A stretch of DNA of 64,000 nt from Cyanobacteriota bacterium (GTDB lineage: Bacteria > Cyanobacteriota > Cyanobacteriia > Thermostichales > Thermostichaceae): contig JANRIL010000029.1 in NCBI GenBank assembly GCA_033764955.1, positions 29,878-93,877 of the forward strand, read 5' to 3'. The notes beneath the pieces were generated by a model. It was given only the letters and a program-made list of their open reading frames with translations. It was not told where the DNA came from and did no database searches. The position numbers and the translations under genes are program-made. This document shows positions 20,209 to 29,924 of the stretch, piece after piece (position 1 is the stretch's first letter; every line of letters begins with the position of its first letter).

Positions 20209-22194
20209 CTAAAACCTCTCGAAAATCGAGTTATTTTGCTTAATGGCTAACATAGTAATGTCATCATATTGAGCAGTTTCCCCAATATAGGTTTTCAATT
20301 CTGCTAGGATCTTATCTAAAAGCTGACGAGCTGTTAGAGTTTCTGTTTGAACTAGAGCTTCTAGCCGTTTTCGTCCATATAGTTGCTTGGTTTGGTTACG
20401 GGCATCTGTGACACCATCGGTATAGCCCAACAGCAGATCTCCTGACATCATTTGTAGCTCCTTGATTTCAAATTTTGCTTCCTCACTGGAAAACATTCCT
20501 ACTGCTGGTCCAGTTGAATCTAGCTGAGTTTTTATTTGACCGTTCTTACCCAAAACAAATAAGGACTCATGACCACCATTAATGTAAACAATTTTGCCAG
20601 TTCCAACATCTAGGACGCCAAAGAAAAGAGTAGCAAACATTCCTGACTGACCATGATTATTAATGATATAGTCATTAGTTAGCTTTACTGTATTCAACAC
20701 AATGTTATGAATGGGACTCACTGAGGTATGACGAGTAGTGTCCTGACCTCCAGTTTTGCCCCCTCCATCCATCAATCGATCTAAAATTTGTAGAGGGTAA
20801 GTTCCTTTAGAAAAGGTGCGAATCAGTGTACAAAACAAAGCCATAAACATCGCCGCCGGAACTCCCTTGTCGGTTACATCTCCAATGACAATCGCATACA
20901 GATCATTGCGAATATGAAAGGTATCGTAGAAGTCTCCCGCTACTTCTCGCGCTGGTTGAAATGACGCCTCAAACTCCCAGCCCGTGAGGGTTGGTAATGT
21001 CTTGGGTAAAAACTGATTTTGAATGTCTCGTCCTTGCTGAAGTTCCGTTTGAGTCGAAGCTAATTTAACTTGTACTTTCAATAGTGTTTGCAACTGTTCT
21101 GCCATCTGATTAAATGAGTCCGCCAATAAACCAAGCTCATCTTTTCGAGTAACAGTTACACGGTAGCTCAAATTGCCGCGGGCAATATTTTGGGATCCCT
21201 CCACCAAACTAAGAATGGGCTTGACCAAATGACTTGCTAAGAGCGATGTGAGAAGGGTTAAAGCGAGCACGGCTATTATAGCGAGACTAACAGTAAACAA
21301 AGCTAACCAACGCATTCCGACTATAATTTCTTGAGCCTGTTGAAGAATAACCACTCCCCATCCCTGGGGAAGTGAAGTTGTAAAAGCCAGCCATGTCACA
21401 TGGGCATCATCCCGAAACTCGAATAGCCCTGTCTCCCCTTCCAGTAATCTTTTGACCGGTGGATAATCAGCTAGATTCTGATTCTTGCCAATGTCAGTGG
21501 GGCGTGGATCTAACAGGGTTATTCCCTGATTGTCAACTAATAAAATATGTCCACTGTTATCCCAATTAATTTCTCTCTGAAAGTTAGCGATTTCTTCTAG
21601 ACCGTTACAAACAATTAACCATTCAACCTCTTCTTGTGTTGGGATTAATGCTGCCGTGCTAGGGGGTGATATGGATTGTGGGTTTAGTAAAGTAGCTGAA
21701 CAAATATCTAGATTTGCAGTAGCGGCAATTAGAATGGGCTGAATGGTTGTATAGTTCCTGGCCGCTTTAGCAGACTGAATTAGGGTTTGAACCTGCTCGG
21801 TGGTTAGCGGAGAGTTAGGTTGGTTCGCAGCCTGCCCCTCAAGCATCACTGTGCCTGTGGAATCAACCTGCATGACTCTCACAATTGTTGGATAAACAGA
21901 TAGAAAATTTTGAATCGTTTGCTGGCGCTGCTCTCGATTCTCACCCCTTGACATAAACTGACGACTCAAGAGTGCGAGTTGTAAACGGTTTTGCTGATGC
22001 CAGTTTTCCAAATCTAGAACAAAGTCTTTGGCTTTCTCTTGGAAACGCTCCTGAGCTTCTTGCAAAAGTAGTCGTTCTGCCTGCCAAGTTAAAATTCCAA
22101 CCGGCACTAAAATTGCCGGGATCCCCAGCGCCAAGATCAACACTGTCAGACGATAGCGCAAAGAATAGAATCGCCCAGGTTGATGAGTTATCAT
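20209..22194 (-). CDS. membrane Cache-like/HAMP PP2C/SpoIIE phosphatase (IcfG-like architecture)
   Basis: two TM helices flanking a ~250-aa extracytoplasmic region, HAMP (KPI..L...IARGNL...DELG.LA.SFNQM), AGDFYD, DVTDKG, YTDGVTD, DDITML. Confidence 0.9.
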   Translation of the reverse strand: MITHQPGRFYSLRYRLTVLILALGIPAILVPVGILTWQAERLLLQEAQERFQEKAKDFVLDLENWHQQNRLQLALLSRQFMSRGENREQRQQTIQNFLSVYPTIVRVMQVDSTGTVMLEGQAANQPNSPLTTEQVQTLIQSAKAARNYTTIQPILIAATANLDICSATLLNPQSISPPSTAALIPTQEEVEWLIVCNGLEEIANFQREINWDNSGHILLVDNQGITLLDPRPTDIGKNQNLADYPPVKRLLEGETGLFEFRDDAHVTWLAFTTSLPQGWGVVILQQAQEIIVGMRWLALFTVSLAIIAVLALTLLTSLLASHLVKPILSLVEGSQNIARGNLSYRVTVTRKDELGLLADSFNQMAEQLQTLLKVQVKLASTQTELQQGRDIQNQFLPKTLPTLTGWEFEASFQPAREVAGDFYDTFHIRNDLYAIVIGDVTDKGVPAAMFMALFCTLIRTFSKGTYPLQILDRLMDGGGKTGGQDTTRHTSVSPIHNIVLNTVKLTNDYIINNHGQSGMFATLFFGVLDVGTGKIVYINGGHESLFVLGKNGQIKTQLDSTGPAVGMFSSEEAKFEIKELQMMSGDLLLGYTDGVTDARNQTKQLYGRKRLEALVQTETLTARQLLDKILAELKTYIGETAQYDDITMLAIKQNNSIFERF

Positions 22195-22225
22195 AAAAGT
22201 ATTAGGAAAAAGTATTAAAGAAAGA

Positions 22226-24208
22226 TTATCGTTTGCTATCGGAAGCTTGGGCTAACCAGCGCACGGCCAACATTGTAATGTCATCAAATTGATTAGCCGT
22301 ATCAATATAAGCCAGAACCTGCGATTCAATTCGTCCCAAAAGGCTGGCAGCAGAGTCTACGGGTTCATTTAATAAATCTAGTAAACGAGACTCTCGAAAG
22401 AAAGCTTTATTAGGGCTGCGTGCTTCTGTTACCCCATCGGTATAGGCTAAAAAAATATCCCCAGGCTGCAACTGAATATTGAGAATTTCGTACTTTTCGC
22501 GGGGCAGAAATCCTACGGCGGCTCCCGATGGGGCAAGGCGAGCTTTGATCTTTTGCTGATGATCTAAAATAATAGGCGGTTCATGTCCCCCATTGATGTA
22601 GGTGAGTAAGCCAGTTTCGGGATCCAAAACCCCAAAAAACAGCGTGGCAAACATATTAGCATTGCTGTGGTTATGCACAATATAATCATTGGCTAGCGAG
22701 ACTGCTTTGAGAGGAGCAGTATAACTAAGCTCTGCCAACTGGGCTTGGAAGCCGGAGTCACTCATTTGTGGCAAATTATCAGAACTGGCAATCGTTCGGA
22801 GGGCTAATAAATAGGATTGCTCAGCAAACACCCGGATCAAACTGCGAAATAAAGCCATAAATAAAGAGGATCCTACCCCTTTATCAGAAACATCCCCCAC
22901 CACTAAGCCAATACAATCCCCTGGCAAAGGGAAGATATCGTAAAAATCTCCGGCCACATCACGAGCGGGACGAAAGCAGGTGGCAAATTCCCAATTTTTC
23001 CGCTCTGGCAAATCCTGTGGTAAAAACTCTTTCTGAATTTGTGTGCCAATTTCCAGTTCCTTTCGTAGGGCACGCAAATAACTTTCTGCTGTATTCTTGG
23101 CCTGTAACAACTCAATCTCGGCTTGCTGACGGCGAGTAATGTCATGCAGTACAACCAGATAGCCAGCCAGTCGATTATAGTCATCCCGCAGCGCGGCCAA
23201 ATGCATCTCATAGTGATGGGGATGCTCATCCCGATCAAAAGTCCAGATGGGTAATGTTTTATAAGTATCTGCTTTGGTTAATAAAGAGGTATTGGTAATT
23301 AAACGGTATTGCTCTAATAAATCAGGTTGATTAATAAATAGAGCTGAAATAGCTTCTCCAACTATCTCTGATTTTTGCCGATTGAGAATACGCACCCCAG
23401 ATGGATTGACATCCATAATCCGGTGCTGCCTATCTAAAACGATGATCCCATCACCAAGACTTTTGACCACGGAGTCATAAACAATTGGGATAATATCAAC
23501 TGATGGATCAACTAAAAAAGTTAGGGTAACAGCCGGCCCAATCTGGAAAATATCTCCGTTTTGCAGAGATTTTTGCTTGATTCTCTGCCCTTGATATAAA
23601 AGCCCATTCGCACTGTCAAGATCAATAATTTCGTAACCCTCTTCCGTCCTCTGAATTTGGGCATGACGAGCTGAAACTATTGGTAAATCAATGCTGATAT
23701 CACAGGCGGGATCCCGACCCACTGTGATCACGATTCCCTTTAGCGGGAAATTGTGAACATCTTGGGGAGTTGTTACTCGTAATGCGGATAAAGGTTCATC
23801 ATTAAGCTGAATAGTCTGATATCCAATGTTATTGGCAACATTGGTTGCTCCAGGATCCAAAATCATCTCGGTGGATTCTAGATCCTCTGTCAGCAAATCA
23901 TTGTGAAAACATAGGTTAAAGGAACCAATAGAAATAATGTCTTGATCTGTTAGGGAAAGAGCCTGACCGGGAGCAATCCGAACTTTATTGACCTGAGTTC
24001 CGGTTTTGCTGTGCAGATCGGTAATTAAATATTGGTTTTGTTCCCATACCAAGCGGGCATGATAGCGAGACACCTCCGGGGCGTCCAAAACCAGTTGGTT
24101 GTTGAGGGCACGACCAATCGTAACTTCGCAGGTTGCTTGATCAAGTAGCAAGCTCTGTTGCTCTTTGCCATCCGAATAGAGGATCAAACAGGCTACGGAT
24201 TTGGGCAT
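22226..24208 (-). CDS. FHA-FHA-PAS-PP2C/SpoIIE phosphatase
   Basis: two FHA motifs (IGR...VSRYHA; VGR...VSARHA...SANG), PAS (DGIIVLD....I.DVNP), AGDFYD, DVSDKG, YTDGVTE, DDITML. Confidence 0.9.
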   Translation of the reverse strand: MPKSVACLILYSDGKEQQSLLLDQATCEVTIGRALNNQLVLDAPEVSRYHARLVWEQNQYLITDLHSKTGTQVNKVRIAPGQALSLTDQDIISIGSFNLCFHNDLLTEDLESTEMILDPGATNVANNIGYQTIQLNDEPLSALRVTTPQDVHNFPLKGIVITVGRDPACDISIDLPIVSARHAQIQRTEEGYEIIDLDSANGLLYQGQRIKQKSLQNGDIFQIGPAVTLTFLVDPSVDIIPIVYDSVVKSLGDGIIVLDRQHRIMDVNPSGVRILNRQKSEIVGEAISALFINQPDLLEQYRLITNTSLLTKADTYKTLPIWTFDRDEHPHHYEMHLAALRDDYNRLAGYLVVLHDITRRQQAEIELLQAKNTAESYLRALRKELEIGTQIQKEFLPQDLPERKNWEFATCFRPARDVAGDFYDIFPLPGDCIGLVVGDVSDKGVGSSLFMALFRSLIRVFAEQSYLLALRTIASSDNLPQMSDSGFQAQLAELSYTAPLKAVSLANDYIVHNHSNANMFATLFFGVLDPETGLLTYINGGHEPPIILDHQQKIKARLAPSGAAVGFLPREKYEILNIQLQPGDIFLAYTDGVTEARSPNKAFFRESRLLDLLNEPVDSAASLLGRIESQVLAYIDTANQFDDITMLAVRWLAQASDSKR

Positions 24209-24287
24209 GGGTGTTAGGAGGTGAGTGAGCAGGGATCCCTAAACAGGTGGGGAGGAGGATCGGAGCCGATGTTGCCCCTCCGCTATG

Positions 24288-24719
24288 CTAAGCGGGATCC
24301 CGATAGACAACAAAAATATTCCGGTTGCGATTGCCCTCCCGTTCATAAATAAACCGATTTACCCCTTGGATGGCTAAATATACCCCCAAGCCGCCAATGG
24401 GTCGATCCGCCAGCGGTTTGAGGATCGTCTCTTCCTCAGTCGCAATCGCTCGACTCGGGTCGTAGGTAATTCCAGTGTCCTCAAGATGAATGGTCAGACT
24501 TTTGGCATCCAGAATTGCGGCGATCTCAATATTGCCTTCGCAGCCTGCCTCAGCATAGCCGTGGGTGATGATGTTGGTGGCAATTTCATCCACCGCCAGC
24601 CGCAAACGGTAAGTAGCTCGTGAATCCAACCCAGCCTCCTGAGCGGCCATCTTAATATAGTCAGCAATGGGATCCAGAGCGTCTAGCGTACCGGGCAAAA
24701 CCAAGGCTTCCATAGCCAT
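24288..24719 (-). CDS. RsbW/SpoIIAB-like anti-sigma factor Ser kinase (paralog of 19568-20020)
   Basis: LAVDEIATNIITHGY, LEDTG, RPIGGLGVYL; start 24719 or 24713. Confidence 0.92.
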   Translation of the reverse strand: MAMEALVLPGTLDALDPIADYIKMAAQEAGLDSRATYRLRLAVDEIATNIITHGYAEAGCEGNIEIAAILDAKSLTIHLEDTGITYDPSRAIATEEETILKPLADRPIGGLGVYLAIQGVNRFIYEREGNRNRNIFVVYRDPA

Positions 24720-24848
24720 AGCCTCAAAATCCAAGGAAAGAAGGCAAGGGTTCGGTCATTCCATCCACAGGGGGGATTGGTCTGGGGTTGAGAAAAACCG
24801 CCATTGCTTGAAACGCAACCTCAGCCCCCCAGACTGCTCCGCTCGATT

Positions 24849-25163
24849 TCAATAGCTATCAGCGAGGATGACGCTGCGATCAAATCCCGTTTTGGAAAGA
24901 GTTTCTAACACCCCTTCTTGGGCACCCACCACATAAATATCAACGTCACTGCCCATTTTTTGTTTGGCAAAGATCAAGACTCGCAATCCGGCACTCGCCA
25001 TATATTCTAAGTTGGCCATCAACAACACTAATCGCTTGGGTTGGTGGGTAGCAGCTTGCTCCACTGAGTCTTTGAAGGTGTTGGCCGAAGCGGCATCCAA
25101 CTCACCTGTGAGGGTAATGAGAGCGGCATCGTCTTTAACTTCTAAGCTGCTGGTAAAAGCCAT
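24849..25163 (-). CDS. STAS anti-sigma factor antagonist (RsbV/SpoIIAA-like)
   Basis: GELDAASA...LEYMASAGLRVL with phosphoacceptor Ser; AGGAG SD. Confidence 0.93.
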   Translation of the reverse strand: MAFTSSLEVKDDAALITLTGELDAASANTFKDSVEQAATHQPKRLVLLMANLEYMASAGLRVLIFAKQKMGSDVDIYVVGAQEGVLETLSKTGFDRSVILADSY

Positions 25164-25236
25164 GATCACGATCTCCTAAAAGAAAAGATTGCTTGAATGT
25201 GTCCGATTTCCCTCGAGATTACCTAGGAAAATCGTG

Positions 25237-27354
25237 CTAGCGCCCCACTAAGATGGCCACGGCACGACCTCCCAACAGGAGGGTATTTTGATCGGAGAGA
25301 GGCGGTTCCTCCCCCACCCCCCAAATGTCATCGGGATAGTTGACGCTGGTATTGGCAACGATATGCCATTGCACCCCCTCAGGCAGACGGGGCAACTGAA
25401 AGGGTAGAGCATCCCAATAGACGTTAAGCGCTACATAGATAAAGTCATCGTTGGCGGATCCCTCCTTGGCGTGTTTGCCAGAGAGCATAAAAGCGATGAC
25501 CCGACTGCCTTCTGACCAATCGGCGTTCCATGCCTGTGTGCCATGCCAAGTGATATCGGCATAGCCTGTGTTCATGTAGTCCACATTACGGAAGTGTTCT
25601 CGATTTCTGAGGATGGGGTGAGCTTTGCGAAAAGCAATACAACGACTAAAGAATCGGAACAGCTCAGGATTTTCGGCCAGCAAATGCCAATTTAACCAGT
25701 TCAATTCGTTATCGTGGCAGTAGGTGTTATTGTTGCCTTGCTGGGTTCTTCCCACTTCATCTCCCATCAAAATCATGGGAACTCCCTGGCTGACCATTAG
25801 CATGGCTACGGCGTTTTTGATCTGGCGTCTTCGCAAAGTTTGAATACCCTGATCTTCGGTTGGTCCCTCCCAGCCACAGTTCCAACTGTGATTATCATTG
25901 CCCCCGTCGTTGTTATTTTCTCCGTTGGCTTCGTTGTGCTTGCTGTTGTAGGAAACCAAGTCCATCAAGGTGAAGCCATCATGACAAGTAATAAAGTTGA
26001 CGGAAGCTGTGGTTCCCCGTCCCCGATAGAGATCAGGGGATCCCTGAAGCCGTTGCCCCACATCCCCGATCCGTCCAGTATCCCCTTTCAAAAAGCGGCG
26101 TATCCCGTCTCGATATTTGCCGTTCCACTCCGCCCAGCGCCCGTAGGCGGGAAAGGATCCCACTTGATAAAGACCCCCCGCATCCCAGGCTTCGGCAATC
26201 AATTTGCACTTGGACAAAACCGGATCAAAAGCCAAGGCTTCCAGCAGGGGTGGATTGGCCAGCGGATACCCCAACGGATCCCGACCCAAAATCGAGGCCA
26301 AATCAAAACGGAACCCATCAATGTGATATTCGGAAGCCCAATAGCGCAAACATTCGATCACCATGCTGCGGACAATCGGATTGTTGCAGTTGAGGGTGTT
26401 GCCACAGCCACTGAAATTAAAGTAGTACCCCTCGGGAGTAAGCATGTAATAGGTTTGGTTGTCAATACCCCGATAGGAAATAGTCGGGCCATATTCATTG
26501 CCTTCGGCGGTATGGTTAAAAACCACATCCAAAATGACCTCAATACCATTTTGATGCAGATCTTTGATCAAATTTTTCAGCTCATCCACCTGCATCCCCA
26601 GCTTTCCGGTGGCGGCATATCCGGCTTTGGGGGCAAAGAAACCAACGGTACTGTAGCCCCAATAGTTAAGCAATTGTTCTCCCGTTGTGGGATGCAAACG
26701 ACTATTCTCAAATTCATCAAATTCGTAGATGGGCATTAACTCAATGCAGTTCACTCCCAGTTCTTTAAGATAGGGAATTTTTTCACGGATCCCTGCATAA
26801 GTTCCCGGATGTTTTACCCCGGCAGAGGGGTGACGGGTAAAGCTACGGACATGCATCTCATAGATAATCAGATCCTCCATCGGTAACTCTAATGGACGAT
26901 CTTCTTCCCAGTCAAAATCCTCCAAAACTAGGCGGGCGCGATGCTGGTAGCTATCCTGCCAATTGGGGGTAACACCCCAGATATCCCGTCCGCCGATTAC
27001 CCTAGCGTAGGGATCCATCAAAATTTTACTGGCATCAAACCGTAGTCCTCGCCCTGGGTCAAAGGGGCCATCCATGCGGTAGCCATACTCCAGCGTCTCG
27101 ACATCTAGATCGAAGACGACCATGGTAAAAACGCTGCCGATGCGGAACTGATCGAGGAAGGGAATTTCGACAAATGGCTCCGATTCGTGCTTATTGAATA
27201 ACACCAACTTGCAGGATTGAGCCGCGCAGGAAAAGATCGAGAAATTGACCCCTCCTGGTACTAATGTGGCTCCAAAGGGAAATGGTTTGCCCGAACGCAA
27301 CCGATAGCCTTTGTAGGTGTGGGTGGGATAAAAATCAATCCGTTGCGCTTCCAT
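25237..27354 (-). CDS. glgX: glycogen debranching enzyme / isoamylase GlgX
   Basis: PFGAT...GVNFS, IIYEMHVRSFT, NYWGYST.GFFAP, DVVFNHTAEG, DGFRFDLAS, AEAWD, NFITCHDGFTL.DLVSY. Confidence 0.96.
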   Translation of the reverse strand: MEAQRIDFYPTHTYKGYRLRSGKPFPFGATLVPGGVNFSIFSCAAQSCKLVLFNKHESEPFVEIPFLDQFRIGSVFTMVVFDLDVETLEYGYRMDGPFDPGRGLRFDASKILMDPYARVIGGRDIWGVTPNWQDSYQHRARLVLEDFDWEEDRPLELPMEDLIIYEMHVRSFTRHPSAGVKHPGTYAGIREKIPYLKELGVNCIELMPIYEFDEFENSRLHPTTGEQLLNYWGYSTVGFFAPKAGYAATGKLGMQVDELKNLIKDLHQNGIEVILDVVFNHTAEGNEYGPTISYRGIDNQTYYMLTPEGYYFNFSGCGNTLNCNNPIVRSMVIECLRYWASEYHIDGFRFDLASILGRDPLGYPLANPPLLEALAFDPVLSKCKLIAEAWDAGGLYQVGSFPAYGRWAEWNGKYRDGIRRFLKGDTGRIGDVGQRLQGSPDLYRGRGTTASVNFITCHDGFTLMDLVSYNSKHNEANGENNNDGGNDNHSWNCGWEGPTEDQGIQTLRRRQIKNAVAMLMVSQGVPMILMGDEVGRTQQGNNNTYCHDNELNWLNWHLLAENPELFRFFSRCIAFRKAHPILRNREHFRNVDYMNTGYADITWHGTQAWNADWSEGSRVIAFMLSGKHAKEGSANDDFIYVALNVYWDALPFQLPRLPEGVQWHIVANTSVNYPDDIWGVGEEPPLSDQNTLLLGGRAVAILVGR

Positions 27355-27516
27355 GCTTAGCCCTCATCGCCGATGACCAATCCTCAATCAACTTGTAGAG
27401 CCAGAATAGGGGGTGACCTATTCCAGGCGGGATCCCTTGCGAAGGGCTGGCGTTACCTTAAACGAGAGTAAGGTAGGCGGCTCGCACCCATCTGGGGGGG
27501 ATCCCCACAGGCTAGC

Positions 27517-27852
27517 CTAACTCTGGAGAGCCGCTAGCCCTGAGTCTACGGTGTCGCTGATGGTAAAAAACTTTAGGAATCCCGTTACCGACATGGTGTC
27601 TTTGATATCTTCCGACAGCCCAACCAGGGCAATCTGACCGTTATTACTGGTCATTTGTCGGTAGAGCAGCAGCAGCACCCGCAAGCCAGCACTGGACATA
27701 TAGGTGACGTGGGTCATGTCCAACAGCATCTTGCCCCCTGCTTGGGTGAGGGGAACAATCTTTTCCTGTGCCATGGGAGCCGTTTTGCCGTCAATTTCTC
27801 CCTCTAGCTCGACTAAGGTGACTTGATCGACTGTTTTGACTCTGACATCCAT
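27517..27852 (-). CDS. STAS anti-sigma factor antagonist (RsbV/SpoIIAA-like)
   Basis: GEIDGKTAP...VTYMSSAGLRVLL...TGF; AGGAG SD. Confidence 0.93.
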   Translation of the reverse strand: MDVRVKTVDQVTLVELEGEIDGKTAPMAQEKIVPLTQAGGKMLLDMTHVTYMSSAGLRVLLLLYRQMTSNNGQIALVGLSEDIKDTMSVTGFLKFFTISDTVDSGLAALQS

Positions 27853-27921
27853 GACACTTCTCCTGCTGTTTCTGATCGGCTCACGGGTGAGGTTGGGGAT
27901 CCCTAAAGCTGGGCTTGCCGC

Positions 27922-29739
27922 CTAGTCTACTGGCTCAATCCGTACCTTTACTTTAATGGAGTCTTTGGCATCTGGCAGTTGTACCGTCAGCCCTGCCGCA
28001 TCAAAGTTGTGGTAGGGATCCCCATCGATAGTGACGGATTCTAGACGGATGCTGCCGGGGGGCAAGATATCCGGCTGCACCCGCAACACCCGATCCTTGA
28101 AGCCATTGGGATGGGGCTTAAAGTGGAAGTCCATCGGCTGCTTGGTAATCAAGAGGTTGGTATAGACAGAGGCCAAATAGCACAACTCGGTGGAGTGATA
28201 GCCGCTCATGGAGTGACTGCCCTTCAGCCGTTCGGTGCCCAAGAGGTAGGGGATCCCGTTGGCCAAGACGTTAAAGTAAACCGCTCCATCTTGATGATCG
28301 AGGAAGAAGGCATTGTAGAAGGCCGCCGCTTCCCGACCGTGACGGCGGTATTCATCCTTTTTCAGGCAGCCTGCCAAGATCAAGTAGGCAAGGATAGCTT
28401 GTTCCTGCTGCCACCAGGCTTTGCGATCGTGCCAGGCATGGCGATAGCATTTCTGCCCTGGGGCGAGTTCCCGCTCCATCACGTCATACCAGCCCCCCCG
28501 CTGTTGATCACTCCCTACAGCAGGCATGATCTCGGCAATTTTTTCCGCCAAGTTGACGTAGAGATCTTTGGGCTTGAGGCTCTGCATCCGCATTAAATTC
28601 CAGGCAATTTTCAGGTTGTGCCCCACGACCGCCCGGTTTTGCTGCCAGCCCCACGTTTGATCTTTTGACCAGTCATCAAAGAATTTTTCCTGGACAAATG
28701 GGCTGTGATCGTAGTCAGGAAAATGGGTGGCAATCGTGTCGAACGTATATTCCAAAAAGTCGGCGTATTTGGGATCCCCTGTGGCTAGCCACAGGTTAAT
28801 CAGATAGGCAGGGGCGTGATCTCCCACGGAGTTCCAATTTTTGCGGGCTTTGTTGCGTCCCAAGGATTCCGCATGGGGATCCAGGGTGATCGGGTCAATG
28901 TGGGAATAGTAGCCACCCTTTTCTTTGTCTAGGAAAAAGTTATCAAACAGCTTGACCGTTAATTCGGCATCCCGCAGGATACGCGGATCCCCGGTCACTC
29001 GATAAGTTTGGATGGGGCCTGCCAAAGCATAAATTTGTTCATAGGCTGGAATGGCATCATAGTCATCTCCAAACTCGGAGGCAAATACTTTAGTTTCGCG
29101 CCGACCACTCACATCAATGCCGTGATACCAGTAGACAATTTCTTCGTCAGGATCATAGAAACGCATGTGATCCCGCAAATATTCTGTGCCTTTTTCTGCT
29201 GCATCCAAAAAGCGATCATCACCTGTCATCAAATAAGAGCTAGCAAAGCCATAGACTAGCCGTGAAATTGTGTCAGTTTCTTGACGGTGATCCCCCTTTT
29301 TCTCGCCGGTTAGAGCCAGAATGGTTCGATAATTCGTGTAGTCAACGGGTTGATCTTGAAACTGGGCGTGTAGATAAAAATCGGCGATTTGAGCCACTTG
29401 ATCGACCCACCAGTTGGGCTTCTCAAAGCGATAGTCTGTATCAGTGCGACCTAAAAAGACAAGGTGTTTAATATCAAATTGATATCCCGCCGGCTCTGGA
29501 TAAAAAACTCCATAGGCAAAAAGATAACGACCTGGTGTCAGCATTTGCCGCATCTGGCCAGTACAGTCCTGATAAGGTTCCCCTAGGTTATGTGCCAATT
29601 CCGCATAAGCATTGGCCGAGAAGTGCAGTTTGAAGTCCCGTCCATCGCTGGTTTTGACGGTGACCGCATCCTGTTCAGGATCAAACTGGGTCACATAACC
29701 CGCAACCAAATCGGAAAATGAAAATTGAATGTCATTCAT
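27922..29739 (-). CDS. AGE (N-acylglucosamine 2-epimerase) family epimerase/isomerase
   Basis: SRLVYGF, D...GGY, GHNLKIAW, WWQQEQ, GYHSTE resemble (alpha/alpha)6 AGE motifs; extra N- and C-terminal domains. Confidence 0.85.
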   Translation of the reverse strand: MNDIQFSFSDLVAGYVTQFDPEQDAVTVKTSDGRDFKLHFSANAYAELAHNLGEPYQDCTGQMRQMLTPGRYLFAYGVFYPEPAGYQFDIKHLVFLGRTDTDYRFEKPNWWVDQVAQIADFYLHAQFQDQPVDYTNYRTILALTGEKKGDHRQETDTISRLVYGFASSYLMTGDDRFLDAAEKGTEYLRDHMRFYDPDEEIVYWYHGIDVSGRRETKVFASEFGDDYDAIPAYEQIYALAGPIQTYRVTGDPRILRDAELTVKLFDNFFLDKEKGGYYSHIDPITLDPHAESLGRNKARKNWNSVGDHAPAYLINLWLATGDPKYADFLEYTFDTIATHFPDYDHSPFVQEKFFDDWSKDQTWGWQQNRAVVGHNLKIAWNLMRMQSLKPKDLYVNLAEKIAEIMPAVGSDQQRGGWYDVMERELAPGQKCYRHAWHDRKAWWQQEQAILAYLILAGCLKKDEYRRHGREAAAFYNAFFLDHQDGAVYFNVLANGIPYLLGTERLKGSHSMSGYHSTELCYLASVYTNLLITKQPMDFHFKPHPNGFKDRVLRVQPDILPPGSIRLESVTIDGDPYHNFDAAGLTVQLPDAKDSIKVKVRIEPVD

Positions 29740-29924
29740 GAGTCATTTCTCTCGGAGTAATGAACGGCAAGCTACGGTCTAGATGGGGACAAAAAAGTAG
29801 GATAGTTACAGGTTAAGTACAATCGGCCAAGGGCAAATCAACGGCTGATGATCTCTGATGATTAAATTAGGATCCTTCACATCAGTCAGGGAACAATAAC
29901 CACGCAAAGCTCAAGATAATTGCT

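Noticed and set aside
25840..26739. 299-aa plus-strand ORF
   Set aside because: Antisense shadow within glgX
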